Counted from the stretch's first letter, positions 50,758 through 64,000 are shown. The stretch is DNA of 64,000 nucleotides from Azolla caroliniana (GCA_043228905.1 JBHGNT010000016.1:10106001-10170000), one strand, 5' to 3'. The notes: generated by a model from the letters alone, not told the origin. Translations and numbers: made by a program.

Positions 50758-52800
50758 ACCGTACGAGATGTACGGGTGACAGCCGACCGGATGATGACTG
50801 AACACAGCGACCAAGTGACGGACCTCGGCCAAAATAAACTCCCGAATAGGGCCGACAAGGCCGGCGACAGAGACATCTGGAGATGGACCGGACAGACATG
50901 GCCAGATGGGCCAGACAGCGGAAAGAGCGGCTAGAAGGCTCGGAAACCGGTCGAAATAGCCGGACAATGGCTAGAGCAGCTGGAGCGGCCGAAGGGTGCC
51001 GAGCGAAGACGAAACAACAAGATGGGCAGAGATGGACGAACGATGGCCGGCGACAAAGATACTGGAACGGGCCAAACAAATGAACAGAATGATCAGGACC
51101 AACAGGACAGCGACAATGACGGCTGGACTACGATGACAACGCTGAATGGAGGCAAAACGGTCATAGAGAATGACGACGACAAAAAAGCTACGGACAATGG
51201 CGAAAGAGATTCCGGTGTGGCCGGATAGGAGTGGAAGAGCGGTTGATAGCACCCAAAATGGAGACACCGATAGATATGGAGGATAGGACGGAAAAAGCCA
51301 GATGGAGAACGATCGAAGAGCACTCAGAGTGGCTGATCGGCTCCGAAAAAAAGGTCGTACCGAATGACACCAGACAACAACAAACATGGAGACGGCTAGA
51401 CAATGGTCGGACCAATGGCAAAAGCGTAATTAGTGCAACATTTGTATAGGAGGCCGGAGACGGAGCCAAAGACAAAGATAGAGATGGTGACGACGCAAGA
51501 CACCGGCGACCGAATGACGGAGAAAAAGCTACGGACAACGGCGAAAGAGATTCCGATGTGGCCGCATAGGAGTGGAAGAGCGGTTGACAGCAGCCAGAAT
51601 GGAGACACCGATAAAGATGGAGGAGAGGCCGCAAAAAACCGACCGGAGAGCGACCGAAGAGCACTTAGAGTGGCTGATTGGCGCCGAAAAAAAGGCTGTA
51701 TCGAATGACACCGGACAACGACAAACATGGAGATGGCCGGATAGTGGCCGGACCAATGGCAGAAGCGTAATCAGTGCAACGTCTGTATAGGAGGCCGGAG
51801 ACGGAGCCAAAGAAAAAGTAGAGATGGTGACGAACGACAGAGGTAACAGACGACGATGACGACTGCCAGACGAGGCCAAACGATGGAAACGGCGACGACA
51901 ATGGAGACAAAGATGGCAACAACGATGGAGACATCAACAACCGACTAGTAGTAGGCAGACATTTGACGGAAGAAACATCCGATTGGAGGGGAAAAAAATA
52001 GCAAACGATGCCGGAAATAGTGCTGGCAATAGAAGAAGAAAGAAGGACAGAAATGAACAAGAAGAAGAAAAACGCAGACCAAAGCAACACGAAAGAAGGA
52101 AACAGAGAGGAGGAGCAAAGCAAGATTCAGGCACTAGAGATAGAGGCATGAACAGATAGAGAATCAGAGGGAGAGAAGAAGTAGAAGGAGACACAAACGG
52201 ACCCAAAGACAGGAAGAAATGAAGAAGGAGAGAAAGAAGATACAGACAGAAAGAAGGAAAAGAAAATGACCTAGTGCAAATTAATAAATAAACAATAAAA
52301 CAACTTAAAGGAGTACGATAAGGAGCATCGAAGGAATTTCGAAAATTTAGGGCATTTAATAAAATTTCGAAAACCTGAGGGCATTTGAGAAAATTTTAGA
52401 AACATGGGGGCATTTAAGCAAATTTCATAAGGGCAAATTGTAAAATTTCACAAATTAAAGGGCAATGAAAAGTTTTTCAAAAGTCATCAACCTAAAAGAA
52501 ATGGACGAGATATACTCACAGCTCACAACAACTCAAGGAAGAACACATATACAAACAACGTGATTTTGGACCCATGATGAAGTTCGTGAACCGACAGAAC
52601 GAGATTGTTAATGTCGATGAAGATTCGCTAACCGATGGAGATGTTCGAGTCAAGCGCTCCGATTAAGGGAGTCGATCATTGAGAGAACCGATGGAAGTTC
52701 TGGTCGAAAAAAGATTATGATCAAGGCATGTGGGATCGACGTCCAAGGCACTCTCCCACGGGCGTGTCATATTGTGTTACCGTACGAGATGTATGGGTGA
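50754..52800. mobile_element. Non-coding LTR-like element (family X) with an internal 341-bp tandem duplication
   Basis: tgttaccgtacgagatgta at 50754 and 52775; tRNA-complementary site at 52754-52769; duplication 51188/51529; inverted partial copy at 53680-54237. Confidence 0.55.
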
Positions 52801-52801
52801 T

Positions 52802-53286
52802 TGATAAGTGTGATAAGTGAGGGTGAAAGATGTAATGTGTTGATATGTATGTGTAATGTTATACGATTATGAGTGTGAATGTAAGTGTGAGTATGGTAGA
52901 TGTTGAGAAGCAAGCTCAACAAAGATATGTGATGCTTATTGAGAAATAAGCTATAGTAGCTATTAGCTAATTAGCTACTAGTGGACATAAAGGTGAAACA
53001 ACTATTTAGCTATGCACAACTATTTAGCTACTGACAGCTATTTAGCTACACACAACTAATTAGCTGCATATATAAGTCACTTATGTACTTAGGTAAAAAG
53101 GAAGTTGTAGTAAGTAGTAAGTGGAAGAGTGAGAGTAGTGCAGAGAGAAAGAACAGAAAAACCGAAAACAGACGAGAGCGAGTTGAGCTCTACGTGTAAT
53201 GAAGTACAAGATTTTTGGATTGTGTAAAGGTAAGTCTCCTTCCCCTTCCCCTTTCTGTCTTGAGCACTAAACGATCCAACACATCA
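52802..53286 (+). repeat. Possible solo LTR containing TAGCTAATTAGCTA-type motifs
   Basis: TGAT...ATCA ends, TATA-like tatataag at ~53069; TSD unclear. Confidence 0.4.
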
Positions 53287-53679
53287 CGATCCGCTGGGCA
53301 CACAAAAGAGCCGTAGCGACTTCATAACAGTAGATACAAAGAGGTGTGAGTGAGTGACTAGGTGTGAATGCCAAGGGGTCTTGCACCCTTGTGGATCTAC
53401 CCTTTTGTACCTATTTAATCCCTTATGGGGAATGAATGAAAAAGGATAATTTCTCTCTAAATCTCTCTTATCATCTCTTTCTCTCTCTCTCTCTCTCCCC
53501 CTTAACGTTGAACCCCCTTGGGAGGGGGGTGGAGCCATTCTAGGCACCACCCCCCACCCCTCAATGCTTATCTTGTTCTTCATGATCTCTCTCACCATTA
53601 TACTCTCCATCATTTTCATTATTATACCATTACCATTCGTCCTCATCCTCTACCCTAACCCTAAAAACGTACAACACTA

Positions 53680-54237
53680 TTTTTGTCATGCGTCGTCGCC
53701 ATCTCTATCTCTGTCTTTGGCTCCGTCTCTGACCTCCTATCCAGACGTTCCACCGATTATGCTTCCACCATCGGTCTGCTCGATGTCTGGTCATCTCCAT
53801 GTTTGTCGTTGTCCGGTGTCGTCCGGTCCGGCCGCCTTCGTTTCAGACCCGTTCGGCGACTCCGACTGCTCTTTGGTCGCTCTCCGGCTGACTTTTTCCG
53901 GCCTCTCCTCCATATCTATCGGTGTCGCCATTCTAGGTGTTGTCAACCGCTCTTTCGCTCTTGTTCGGCCACATCGGAATCTCTTTCGGTGTTGTTTGTA
54001 GCTTTTTTGTCGTCATTGTTCTCTATGACCGTTCTACTGCCATTCGGCGTCGTCATCACATTCCGGCCATCGTTGTCGCTGTCTTATTGGTTCCAGTCAT
54101 TTTTTTCATTTGTCTAGCCCATTCCGGTATCTCTGTCGTCGGCCGTCGTTTGTTCATCTCTGCCCGTCCTGTCGTTTTGTCGTCGGCCGACACCCTCTGG
54201 CTGCTCCAACTACTGTTCGGCTATTTCGACCGATTTC
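53680..54237. repeat. Inverted diverged copy of ~50943-51500 (family X)
   Basis: e.g. ggctatttcgaccgatttc is the reverse complement of gaaaccggtcgaaatagcc with one mismatch. Confidence 0.8.
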
Positions 54238-55270
54238 TGTTATTCCTTGGGGCAGGACGAGCCCTAACACTGGGTGTCCCTCTAAGACACTTCACCAAAG
54301 GGTGGTGCAAGTGGGGTAGGCGTAGACCATGATACAACATATTCCTAACCGGCTACTAACCGGCGTGGTTAAGGATCGTAATACACGCGTAAGATAGATT
54401 ATATTAAGCACAGAACGGTAATTAACTTAAAGCTTCAAAGATTAAACAAGATGTAGACAACAATACTTTCATTAATAAACAGCTCTCTGATTACAATCTA
54501 ACCGGGTCCTTTTATAGGTCACCGGCTTTGGGTACGAACCGGTGCCAACTGGCAACCGGCTATGAACCGGTCCGGATCTGGATTGGCATACTGATACCGG
54601 GTCCATCCGTTCTCTTCTCCAAATATAATAATTATAGATAGTTCTAAAATAATTATCCCTCTCCCATTCTGGACTTTATCCGGCTTTTAAGTCTTTGTCG
54701 GTCAACACATGGCACGCCCGTGGGACAATACCTTGTACGTCGAATCCCACGGTTCGCCCTTCAATCTTCCTCCAAAATGTTCAGAATGCTCTGGTCCAAG
54801 GGCTCTAAAGGCTCATCGGGTAGCTGCTCCTGCTCCTCTGGTCTCTCTGGTTCCACTGGTTTTGAGGCTTCCGGTTCTGGTTCTGTTGGTTTGGGTTCCT
54901 CCAGCAGATGGTTTCTGGTGTGCAGGTTTTCATCCTTCGGCTGCTCCTCTGGAGTTTTGTTTGGTTGGCTTTCCCCGGTTCCGGCTTCATTCGGCGCCTT
55001 TTCCGAAGACTGCTCTTCATCTCTGATATTGATCGCCGCAGTTCTTCTAGCCACCTCTTGCCATCGCTGTTCTTCCATTGAACCGAGCTTTCTTCCACCA
55101 ATCTCTTCGTTCAGTCTCTCCATGTTAGCACGAGATCACGGATTTGCCCTAGCCCCATCTTCGACTTATTCTCCGTGGCCTGTTTTTCTTCTTTCAATTG
55201 TTTGATAAGGCTCACAGTTGCCGCTTCTTGGTGTAAAGAATCGGGTATGATTCTTGTGTAGCGGAATAGG
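54238..55270 (-). mobile_element. Gypsy family Y LTR (54238-54707) with adjacent internal sequence
   Basis: Reverse-complement homologue of 22596-23066; acidic ORF end 54761-55123 on the minus strand. Confidence 0.75.
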
Positions 55271-55561
55271 TGTCAACTATGTGTGTATATGAGAGAGAGA
55301 GAGAAAGAGAGAGACAAGGAATAATACACAGAGAATACACAAGGTAAAAGTATATTAACAAAGGAGAAAGACTCAACATAATACAAGGTGGGAGGAGGGT
55401 GCTTTATATAGTCACCCTCTCTCTTCATAAAGCACCCTCCTCCCACCTTGTATTATGTTGAGTCTTTCTCCTTTGTTAATATACTTTTACCTTGCGTATT
55501 CTCTGTGTATTATTCCTTGTCTCTCTCTCTCTCTCTCTCATATACACACATAGTTCACACC
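55269..55561. repeat. ~137-bp near-perfect inverted repeat with 19-nt loop at the LINE 5' junction
   Basis: Arms 55269-55407 and 55427-55561. Confidence 0.93.
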
Positions 55562-58500
55562 TTTGTTAATATACTTTGGATGTAGTTAAGGATAAAGAGA
55601 ATTACCAAAAGCATTTGCATGAGTATAAAAGGCTTATTCAAAGAAAGAGAAGAATATGGGAAGTTACTCAACAATTTATCCAAACGCAAGAGAAAGCACA
55701 TGCATGTGCTAAATTTTGGGGAAATCTAAAGGGAAAACGTGTTGAGAGTTATGGTGACTTAACTCTTCACGACTTGTCTATGCATTGTAGGAATTTATAT
55801 GAGTTATCTCTTGCCAGAAAGATGATGTGTTATGGTTCTCTTTCACATATGCCTCCCTTCTTTACAATTGAAGATATATGCATAGGACTTAAGAAATTGG
55901 CCTCTCGAAAGGCAAGCGATCTTCAATGTATAAAGGCTGAAATGCTCAAATGGACGGGAAAGGAAGCACATATATGGATAAGCAATATGTTTAATAATGC
56001 ATTGCAACATGGTATGCCGTACGATTGAACTACAAATTGGATCAAACCTTTACATAAAGGTGGAGATATAAATAATGTAAACAACTATCGAACCATCATG
56101 GTTGGCTCATTAATGGCAAAACTATTTGGATGTATAATAGAATCAAAGATAAGTGTATGGGCTGAAAAAAGTCGTAAGAGAGCTTATGGACAAGCTGGCG
56201 TTCGGAAACACCATAGCACCATTGATCACCTTATCACCCTTCGAGTATTAATGGAGGAAAGTCGCCTTAGAGGTAAAGGTTTATATTGTTGCTTTGTAGA
56301 CTTCAAGAAAGCTTTTGATATGGTACCTCGTGAGCATCTTTGGAGGCGAATGGAAGAACTTGAGGTGCCAAGTGAATATATGCTTGCAATTTCCCGAATT
56401 TATAAGAAGGTTATATGTTGTGTGCACATGAGAGATAAACTTTCCGATTTTTTCAAAAGCACTATTGGTGTTAAGCAAGGATGCCCACTCTCACCAACAC
56501 TATTTGGTCTATGCATTGATGAATTGGAAGAAATGGTTACCAAGTTTGCAAAGGAAGAATGTGTTGAAGAAGTTGCCATTGGGAATGTTGTGATTATGTT
56601 TTTGCTATATGCAAATGATGTAGTGCTTTTTGCAAATACTTTAGGAGATGCACAAAAGCTTATGAAGGCATTGGAAATTTTTTGCATGCATACTAAATTA
56701 AGTATCAATAGCTCTAAAACCAAGATTATGCTTGTGAAGAGCCAAAAAAGAGATAAACCATGCAGTATGTACAACAATGAGCCACTTGAATGTGTGGAAA
56801 GCTTCAAATATCTTGGCCTTGAAGTTCCTTCAAATCATAGATGGAATGAATGTGCTACACGCCGCTTAGAGGCGGGCAAACGAGCATACTATGCATTTGA
56901 GAACACATGCAATCTTGGAGATATTAAGTGTTGGGTCCTCAAGAAATATCTTTTCAACACTTTGGTGACACCGGTTCTTCTCTGTGGGGTGGAAGTATGG
57001 GGCGGTAGCATCCCTAAATCTATGTGGAAAGAGTTTGAAAATGTCCAAAAGCATTTTCTTACCAAGTTTCTACAAGTTAAGAAACAAACGCCCTACACCC
57101 TCCTCCTTGAGACGGGATCACTTCCCATTGAGATCATGGCCATGGAAAGGGTTGTTGAATACATGCTTAAGGTTCAAAAGAGTCCCTCACATCGACTTCC
57201 TAGAATTGCGTGGGAAGCAAGCAAAAAGATCCAAAAGATGCATAAAAGCAAAATTTTGTGTTCCAGTTGGATGCAAGATATAGAAAAATGGTTTGGTAGA
57301 TGGGATGCGAGACACTTGCTTCATGATGCATCATTAGATTCCTCTGTAAATGAGGCATTTTTGCAACGCCAATGTATCATGACATGGGACAAATGTGGAG
57401 GCTCACGCTTCACATATTATACTACACATGTTGCACCTAACTACAAAACCATATTCTTTGCGGAACGGGGAAATCGTACACATCCATACATGTTAGAGCC
57501 CATACCGTTATCTGCCATTCGAACCATTGCTTCCATACTACTTAGCTCACATGCATTGCGATGTGAAATAGGGCGTTGGGGTACAAGTGATGAGAGTGGT
57601 CGGCTATGCACACTTTGCCCTAAACAAGTTCGTGAGTTTGAGTATCACACTTTGATACAATGCTCTGCCTTTGATCATATTCGACCATGCTTTCCACATC
57701 TGTTCGATCGAGCCCAATCTTTGCATGAATTCCTCTCACAACCACAATGTGCACTCTCGATGGCAACATTCATTGGTAAAGTTCTTAAACATCGAGAGTC
57801 ACTACTCACTTTCACACATATCACGTGAAATGTAATATTTTTGGTCTCATAGGTCATATTTGACCTCCGAAGACGATAATATAATCTATCTATCTATCTC
57901 AAGGTGAGTTCACACACTAGACCAAGTTGAGGTTGATTCTCAACACGCCCTCCTCAAGCTCAAGTCGAGTCGGTTTCAGACGGTATACGAAATCCGCTTC
58001 GACTCGCGTTCTGGAGTCCGCGTCGACTCGCATTTATGCGGAGTTGCGGAATCTGTGCTCCAACTTGCGTTGTGCGTAGTTGCGAATTCTATGCTTTGGC
58101 TTGCATCTTTCTTTGCGGCTTTGCGCGGTAGGTCAGCTCTTCGCGGCTTCGTTGCGTGGTTACGTAATCCACGCGTTATTGCATAGTGAGCGCGGTTTGC
58201 GGAATCCACGCGTTATTGCATAATGTCTTCAGTACTCCGCCTCAAGCTTGTCAGGTGAGGGATTTTCAATCCGAGATCAGTCATGAATTGCCATAGCTTG
58301 TCGGCTCCTAAGGATTTAGTGAAGATGTCGGCCGTTTGAAGATTGGTGCTAATGTGTTGTAGGTTGACATCGCCCGCTAGAACGCGCTCTCGGATGAAGT
58401 GATAGTGCACTTCGATGTGCTTTGTCTGCACGTGGAACACTGGGTTCCGAGCCAAATAGATATTGCTCATGTTGTCGCAGTAAAGGGAAGTCGGATCCTG

Positions 58501-61069
58501 GATGGGTATGCCCAGATCCTTGAGTATCCTTTTGAGCCATACGGCTTCACATGTGGCCACTGCCGCGCCCCTGTATTCCGCCTCCGTACTCGAAAGAGTG
58601 ACGATAGGCTGCTTCTTGCTACTCCAGGATATTGCTCCGCTGCCAAGGGAGAAAATAAATCCGGAGGTTGATCTTCTATCGGCTTTGTAGCCGGCCCAAT
58701 CGGCGTCTGTGTACTCTTCGAGTCGTATTGGCATCACGGTTTTGTAGAGGATGTCGCAATCCATTGTGCCGCTCATGTATCGTACAACTCGCTTAGCGCA
58801 ATCGAAGTGAGTATCCTGTGGTGTTTACATGAATTGACTAAGGAGACCGACCGGATAACTGAGATCGGGTCGAGTGATCGTGAGGTAGATGAGACTCCCG
58901 ATGAGTTGCCGATACTGAGTTGGCTCACACGCTTTGGTGCCGGAGTTCGCATCCAATTTGAGATTGCGATCGAGCGAGATTGCCGCGAATTTGCACTCAG
59001 CCATCCCGAACTTGTATAACAAGTTGAGGATGTAGTGCCGTTCAGAAATCATGATTCCAGCCGGAGTCCGAATTACCTCGATGCCGAGGAAGTAGTGGAG
59101 CTCCTTCATGTCCGTCATCTCGAACTTGTCGGAAAGGAGGGATTTGACCTTATTGATTTCGACGAGATGCTCACCTCCAATGACTAGGTCATCCACATAT
59201 AAAATGATGATGATCGGACTTGTAAAATCGCTTCGCATGTAGAGTGAGTTGTCCGACTTTGACATACGGAAGCCGATTTGATGAAGATATTGTGTTATCT
59301 TCGAATGCCATGCACGCGGTGATTGCTTGAGGCCGTAGAGTGGCTTCTTGAGTCAGCATACAACTTTCGGATGGGTGCTCGAGTTGAAGCCGGGTGGTTG
59401 TATCATGTACACCTCCTCTTCTAGTTCGCCTTGTAGAAAGGCGTTCTTGACGTCCATTTGATGGAGGTGCCACCCTTTCACCTCAGCAAGCGCAATTACA
59501 GTCCGTACCATCGTCATCTTTGCCACCGGGGCAAAGGTCTCCTCGTAGTCAACTCCGTGCGTTTGGGCTTTTCACGGGGTTCTTTTCACCGGTGGATCGG
59601 TGGAGCTTTTCATTTGCAGCTTACGGGGTTCTTTTCACGGATGGATTAGCGGAGCTTTTCATTTGCAGAGATGAGGGCTTTCTTAGCTCCAATTGGTACT
59701 TCGAAACCGCTGAACTCATTGTCGAGTGAGTGAGTCGACTCATCGTCGTCGAAGCAATCGTCTGCGTATTCCGCCATTTTCGCCTTGCTTTTGTCCATCT
59801 TCAGGCTAGGCCGTGATGTGCTTTGATCGCTCAAAGGCTTTTGTGGTTCGCTCCATTGGGTCGTGATCGGACTTTCTTCGAACATGCATGTAAGGAGATC
59901 TTCATCCTCTATCTCTTGTTCGGCGGATTCCGGGTCGAGCGGAGTCAGAGTCGAGATTTTCTCTGGTGCGTACCAGAATGCGGACTCGTCAAAAACGACA
60001 TCTCGACTTACTCGAGATTTTCGAGTTGAGGGGTTGTAGCACTTGTACCCCTTTTGCTCCAATGAGTATCCTATGAGGATACATTTCTCCAACTTCGGGT
60101 CAAGCTTTCGACGCTTCTCGTCGGGGATGTGCACGTATGCTATCGCGCCGAATATGTGGATGTGCGATAAGTCCGGCTTCTTTCTAAAGTATTTTTCATG
60201 CGGAGTGACCTCATGCACGCCGGATGTTGTGCACTGGTTCATTAGTTAGACGGCCGTATTTGCAGCTTCAGCCCTATATGACTTGGGCATATGGTTCTCG
60301 TTCGCCATGGCCCGCGCTACTTCGAGGATGTGCCGATTTTTGCGCTCGACTACCCCATTTTGTTGCGGAGTGTGTCGGCAAGTGAATTCTCGCCAAATTC
60401 CTTCCTTTTGGAGATGCGCCGTGATATCGTCCGAGAAGTACTCCTTGCCGCCATCCGATTGGAGACATCATACATGTCGGTCCGTGGTTTTCTCGACTTC
60501 ATTCTTGAATTTTTGGAAGTTTCCGAACACTTCGCTCTTTTGCCGCATCGAATAGATCCAAGTGTGCCTAGAAAAGTCTTCGATGAAGAGCACGTAATAT
60601 CGGCATCTGCCGAATGTAGCCGTTTGCGCCAATCCCCATACGCCGGAATGGACTATGTCGCGTAGACCTTTGCTCACGTTCCGCTCTTTCGGGAATGGGT
60701 GTCGGTGTTGCTTGCCGAATTGGCACGCTTCACATACACCTTCAATCTCCTTCTCTTTGAATGTCAGGAGTCCGATGACAACTCCTTTCGATTTCATTGC
60801 TTTGAGTTTGTTGAGATTGATGTGGCTGATTCACTTATGCCATAGCTCTATGTCAGAGTCGGCTTTCGTGCTTTTCGCGAACATGGCGGATTTCATCTCG
60901 TGTGAATCAAGAATGAAGATCCGACCCTCTCTTCTTCCGCGTGCGATGATTCGGCCTTCTTTTTCGATGAAGCACCCTTCTTGGTCGAATCGTACTTGCA
61001 TCCCTTGCTCAACCATTCGGCCGACCGAGACCAAATTCTTCGTGATGGTGGGAACATGCAAGACATTTT
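55271..61069 (-). mobile_element. Copia 3' part (GAG-pre-INT, INT, RT, RH, PPT, short 3' LTR split by the LINE)
   Basis: CEACQFGKQ, ILYVDDLVI and YTDADWAG...SSKKQ motifs; PPT gaggagggcg; LTR begins at 57945 and ends at 55271. Confidence 0.88.
55576..57900 (+). mobile_element. 5'-truncated RTE-like LINE, RT pseudogene
   Basis: CFVDFKKAFD, GVKQGCPLSPTLF, LLYAND (YADD mutated), FKYLG; in-frame TGA at 56026-56028; 3' hairpin and (TCTA)n tail. Confidence 0.92.
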
Positions 61070-63045
61070 TGTTACCCGGCCGGCAAGAAGGCTTAAGGAT
61101 GTCCAGACCAGAGTGTGAAAGGAATAGTTTATTCGGGAACTGTTGTAATTATTTTATTAATATGGACGGATGGACCGGAATCGGTATCCCGATCCGGATC
61201 CAGACCGATTTCGAATAGGTGCCGGTTGGCAACGTTTTGTACTTCGCACCGGAGACCTATATAAAGGCCCGGTTACAATGTAATTGACAGCGAATAATTA
61301 ATAGAACTTATTGCCTTAACCTTTCAGTATTGATTACTGTTCTGTACTCATTGTTATATCTTACGCGTGTAATGACGTATTGCTAAGTAACCACTTAAGG
61401 TCTAATTAAGCATTGTGTCGTAAGTCATCTTGCCGTAACACCCTTTGGTGAAGTTTCTTAAGTGGACACCCTGTGTTAGGCTATTGTCCAGCCCTAAGGA
61501 TTAACACAGTTTTTGGCGACCACGATTCCTGCACAATCGCACTGAACAATGGCGGGAATGGATGACTAGGCCAACAGACGACCCGGTTATGGAGAGAGCA
61601 TGAAGACTTGCTAAACGGCGAAGGCGGCGAGAGGTTTTCTGGCAAGCAGCGGAAGAAATCCGATCGGATCGATGATTTTCCAAAGTGATCTGGAAAGTGG
61701 TGGAGGAGTCGCTCCGTCTGCAACAAAACGCCTACCCGGACGAAGGAAGCAGCTTAAACAGTCTTCGGGAAGCGGAATCCCTTCTCCAGGCCTTGATAGG
61801 AAGAGACGGCGAATCCGAAGCATTTTCGAAGCTGGAATTGGATTCGGAAGGGGGTTACAGCGCGCATACGAACTATTGCACCAGCAACGACACCCCAAGA
61901 GGACCGGAGGATGAGGAGTCGGATACATTACCGACACCGGAACTAGAATTGTCAAACTGGGAACCTCCGACACTAGACATGGAGCAACCTCCGGAGACAG
62001 AAGAAGACAAAGAAAGACCTCCGACACCGGAAGTTGAGCCGACAACACCAAAGGAAGACCGGCAAAGACCTCTGACGCCGATGGAACAGCAAGAAAGACC
62101 ACCGACACTACTAGCCCGCGTACCGACACCGGACGACGACATGCCGTTCCAGTACTCCAAGTATAGGGATGACCCGGACACGGAGGCTCATGTTCACGCG
62201 TTTCAACAAACATGGGAGGCGAACCATGTGTCACAACGGTTAATCGCAGCCGAAGAGGAACAATCTAAGATAGCCAAATTCGGCGTGACATTGGAAGGAC
62301 CGGCCACTAGATGCCACCGGACGCAGGACCCCAGCACCATCACCACCTTTGCGGACCTGAAAGATAAATTCTTGCACTTCTTTTAGAAGGAGGTGGACCA
62401 GAGAGAAATGGTGGGCCTATTTTATACCATCCGGCAGGACCCTGGGGAGAGCATTCCGCAGTTTGTCATCCGGTTTCAACGGATGCACAATCAGCTTACC
62501 CGAACACCTCCGGAGGAAGAAACACGGGCTATATTCTTAGCCGCGCTCCAGGAACCTCTACGAACTTTATGCACGGTCATCGACTTTCGCACAAGCACCG
62601 TCAACCAGGTCATCGACTGGGTTAGAGAAATGGAGAAAACGAGCTCTTGGCTAACAATGAGAGCCCTCCAACGAGCGTTACCAATCGATGAGGATCTCCG
62701 GTTCCGGCAAGCAATCCAATGCACGGCCTGCTTGAATTCCGGACACTCGGCACTGGAGTGCACCATGCGAACATAGTGCTTACTCTGCCAATCTACGAGC
62801 CACACGATGGACCAGTGCGAATATAACTTATTGAATCGGCAAGCACCACCAGTCCGGCAAATCGATCCACGTAGCAGCCGAGACGAAGAAGATGAATGCT
62901 GGCGGCGAGAGGAGCAATATCGACCGGCACAGGATGTCCGGTACAGCGATCGGCGAGACAACTATGACCGGTATGAGAGATATGACAGGTACTGAGATTA
63001 CAATGGACGGTACGAGCATTACAACCGGGATTACTCCCCCGGGTA
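61070..63045 (+). mobile_element. Gypsy family Y 5' part: LTR 61070-61506, PBS, degenerate gag
   Basis: PBS TGGCGACCAC (61514-61523); gag IRQDPGESIPQFVIRF and two CCHC knuckles, with in-frame stops. Confidence 0.85.
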
Positions 63046-64000
63046 CTGAGGCGTTGTCGACAGCGACATATGTGATAAACAGATCACCCTCAGTGCCCTT
63101 GGATGGAGACACACAACAAAAGGTGTGGACCGGTAAGGAAGTGTTCTACCGGCAGAAGAAGTAGAGGAAGCTAAAATCGAAACCGGCCAAGACCCCGAAT
63201 CGGATTCGGATGAAGAACAAATAGAGGAGCCGGTTGTCGAAAGCCAAAGACGGAGATATCCTCTCAGAGAGAGAAGGCCCCCCCGAAGATTTTCGGATGC
63301 AGAGCATGTGCTGCTGAACGATGAGGGGGAGCCGGAAAGCTTCGAAAAAGCAAAGGATGACACCCATAGCTGCAAGTGGTTGAGTGCCATGCAAGGCGAG
63401 ATGGATTCCCTGCATGAGAACCACATGTGTGAACTGGTGGAGGTGCTGAAAGGAAAGCGGGCACTTCGGAATAAGTGCGTGTACAAGTTGAAACCGGGAG
63501 ATGCCGACAACCGCCGAAGATACAAAGCTAGGATCATGGTGAAGGGGTTCCAACAAAAGAAGGGCGTGGACTTCGACGAGATATTTGCCCCGGTGGTAAA
63601 GATGACTTCCATTTGGACGATGTTGAGCATAAGTGGTAAGCATGGACCTCAGGGTAAAGCAGTTAGACGTGAAGACGGCTTTCCTCCACAGAGACCTCAA
63701 AGAGGAGATCTACATGCAACAACTGGAGGGAGTTGTGAAGAAAGGGAAGGAGCACCTGGTTTGCCGGTTGAAGAAGAGCCTCTATGGTTTGAAGCAGGCT
63801 CCTCGGCAATGGTACCGAAAGTTCGACTCCATGACGGATCAAGGATATCACAAGACGTAGGCTGACCACTGCGTGTTTGTGAAGAAGTTTGAAGCTTGAG
63901 ACTTCCTAATACTCCTCATGTACGTGGACGACATGTTGATCGTCGGACGAGACCAAGTCAAGATATAGATGCTGAAGAAGGTTCTGAACCAGACCTTCTC
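63046..64000 (+). mobile_element. Copia INT-end/RT fragment
   Basis: TATYVINRSPS; WLSAMQGEMDSL; QLDVKTAFLH; LYGLKQAPRQWY. Confidence 0.88.

Noticed and set aside
50635-54332. Many overlapping 60-160 aa ORFs
   Set aside because: Low-complexity repeat sequence with no recognisable domains; frames are not conserved between duplicated units.
61441-61475. TGGTGAAG as the PBS of family Y
   Set aside because: The TSD-bounded solo LTR 22596-23066 shows this motif lies inside the LTR; the PBS is at 61514.

Overview
Gene-free, repeat-dense eukaryotic DNA, most likely from a non-seed land plant (inference from a Tcn1-like chromovirus, Copia elements with tRNA-iMet PBS, RTE-like LINEs and hAT MITEs). 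It is a deep nest of transposons. It holds one apparently intact Ty3/Gypsy chromovirus (1-4906) with a -1 frameshift signal, many degenerate Ty1/Copia copies (one full-length with TSD, 24401-30808), solo LTRs, LINE fragments and hAT-type MITEs. The main result is two oppositely oriented copies (11240-22542 decayed; 32528-43181 apparently intact) of a ~10.7-11.3 kb DNA transposon with 25-bp GGG...CCC TIRs and 4-bp TSDs. It encodes a spliced ~863-aa Sola2-type DDD transposase. It also encodes a convergent multi-exon accessory gene: unknown N-terminal domain, coiled coil, RING-H2 finger and an FCP1/SCP-like HAD domain with altered catalytic motifs. One large intron in each gene is filled with a palindromic TAGCTAATTAGCTA satellite that also sits beside both TIRs. 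Secondary findings are a tRNA-complementary site at the PPT position of a Gypsy family, antisense Pol III A/B boxes in chromovirus LTRs, and a fold-back duplication at a LINE 5' junction. All calls were made by eye; no database searches were run.
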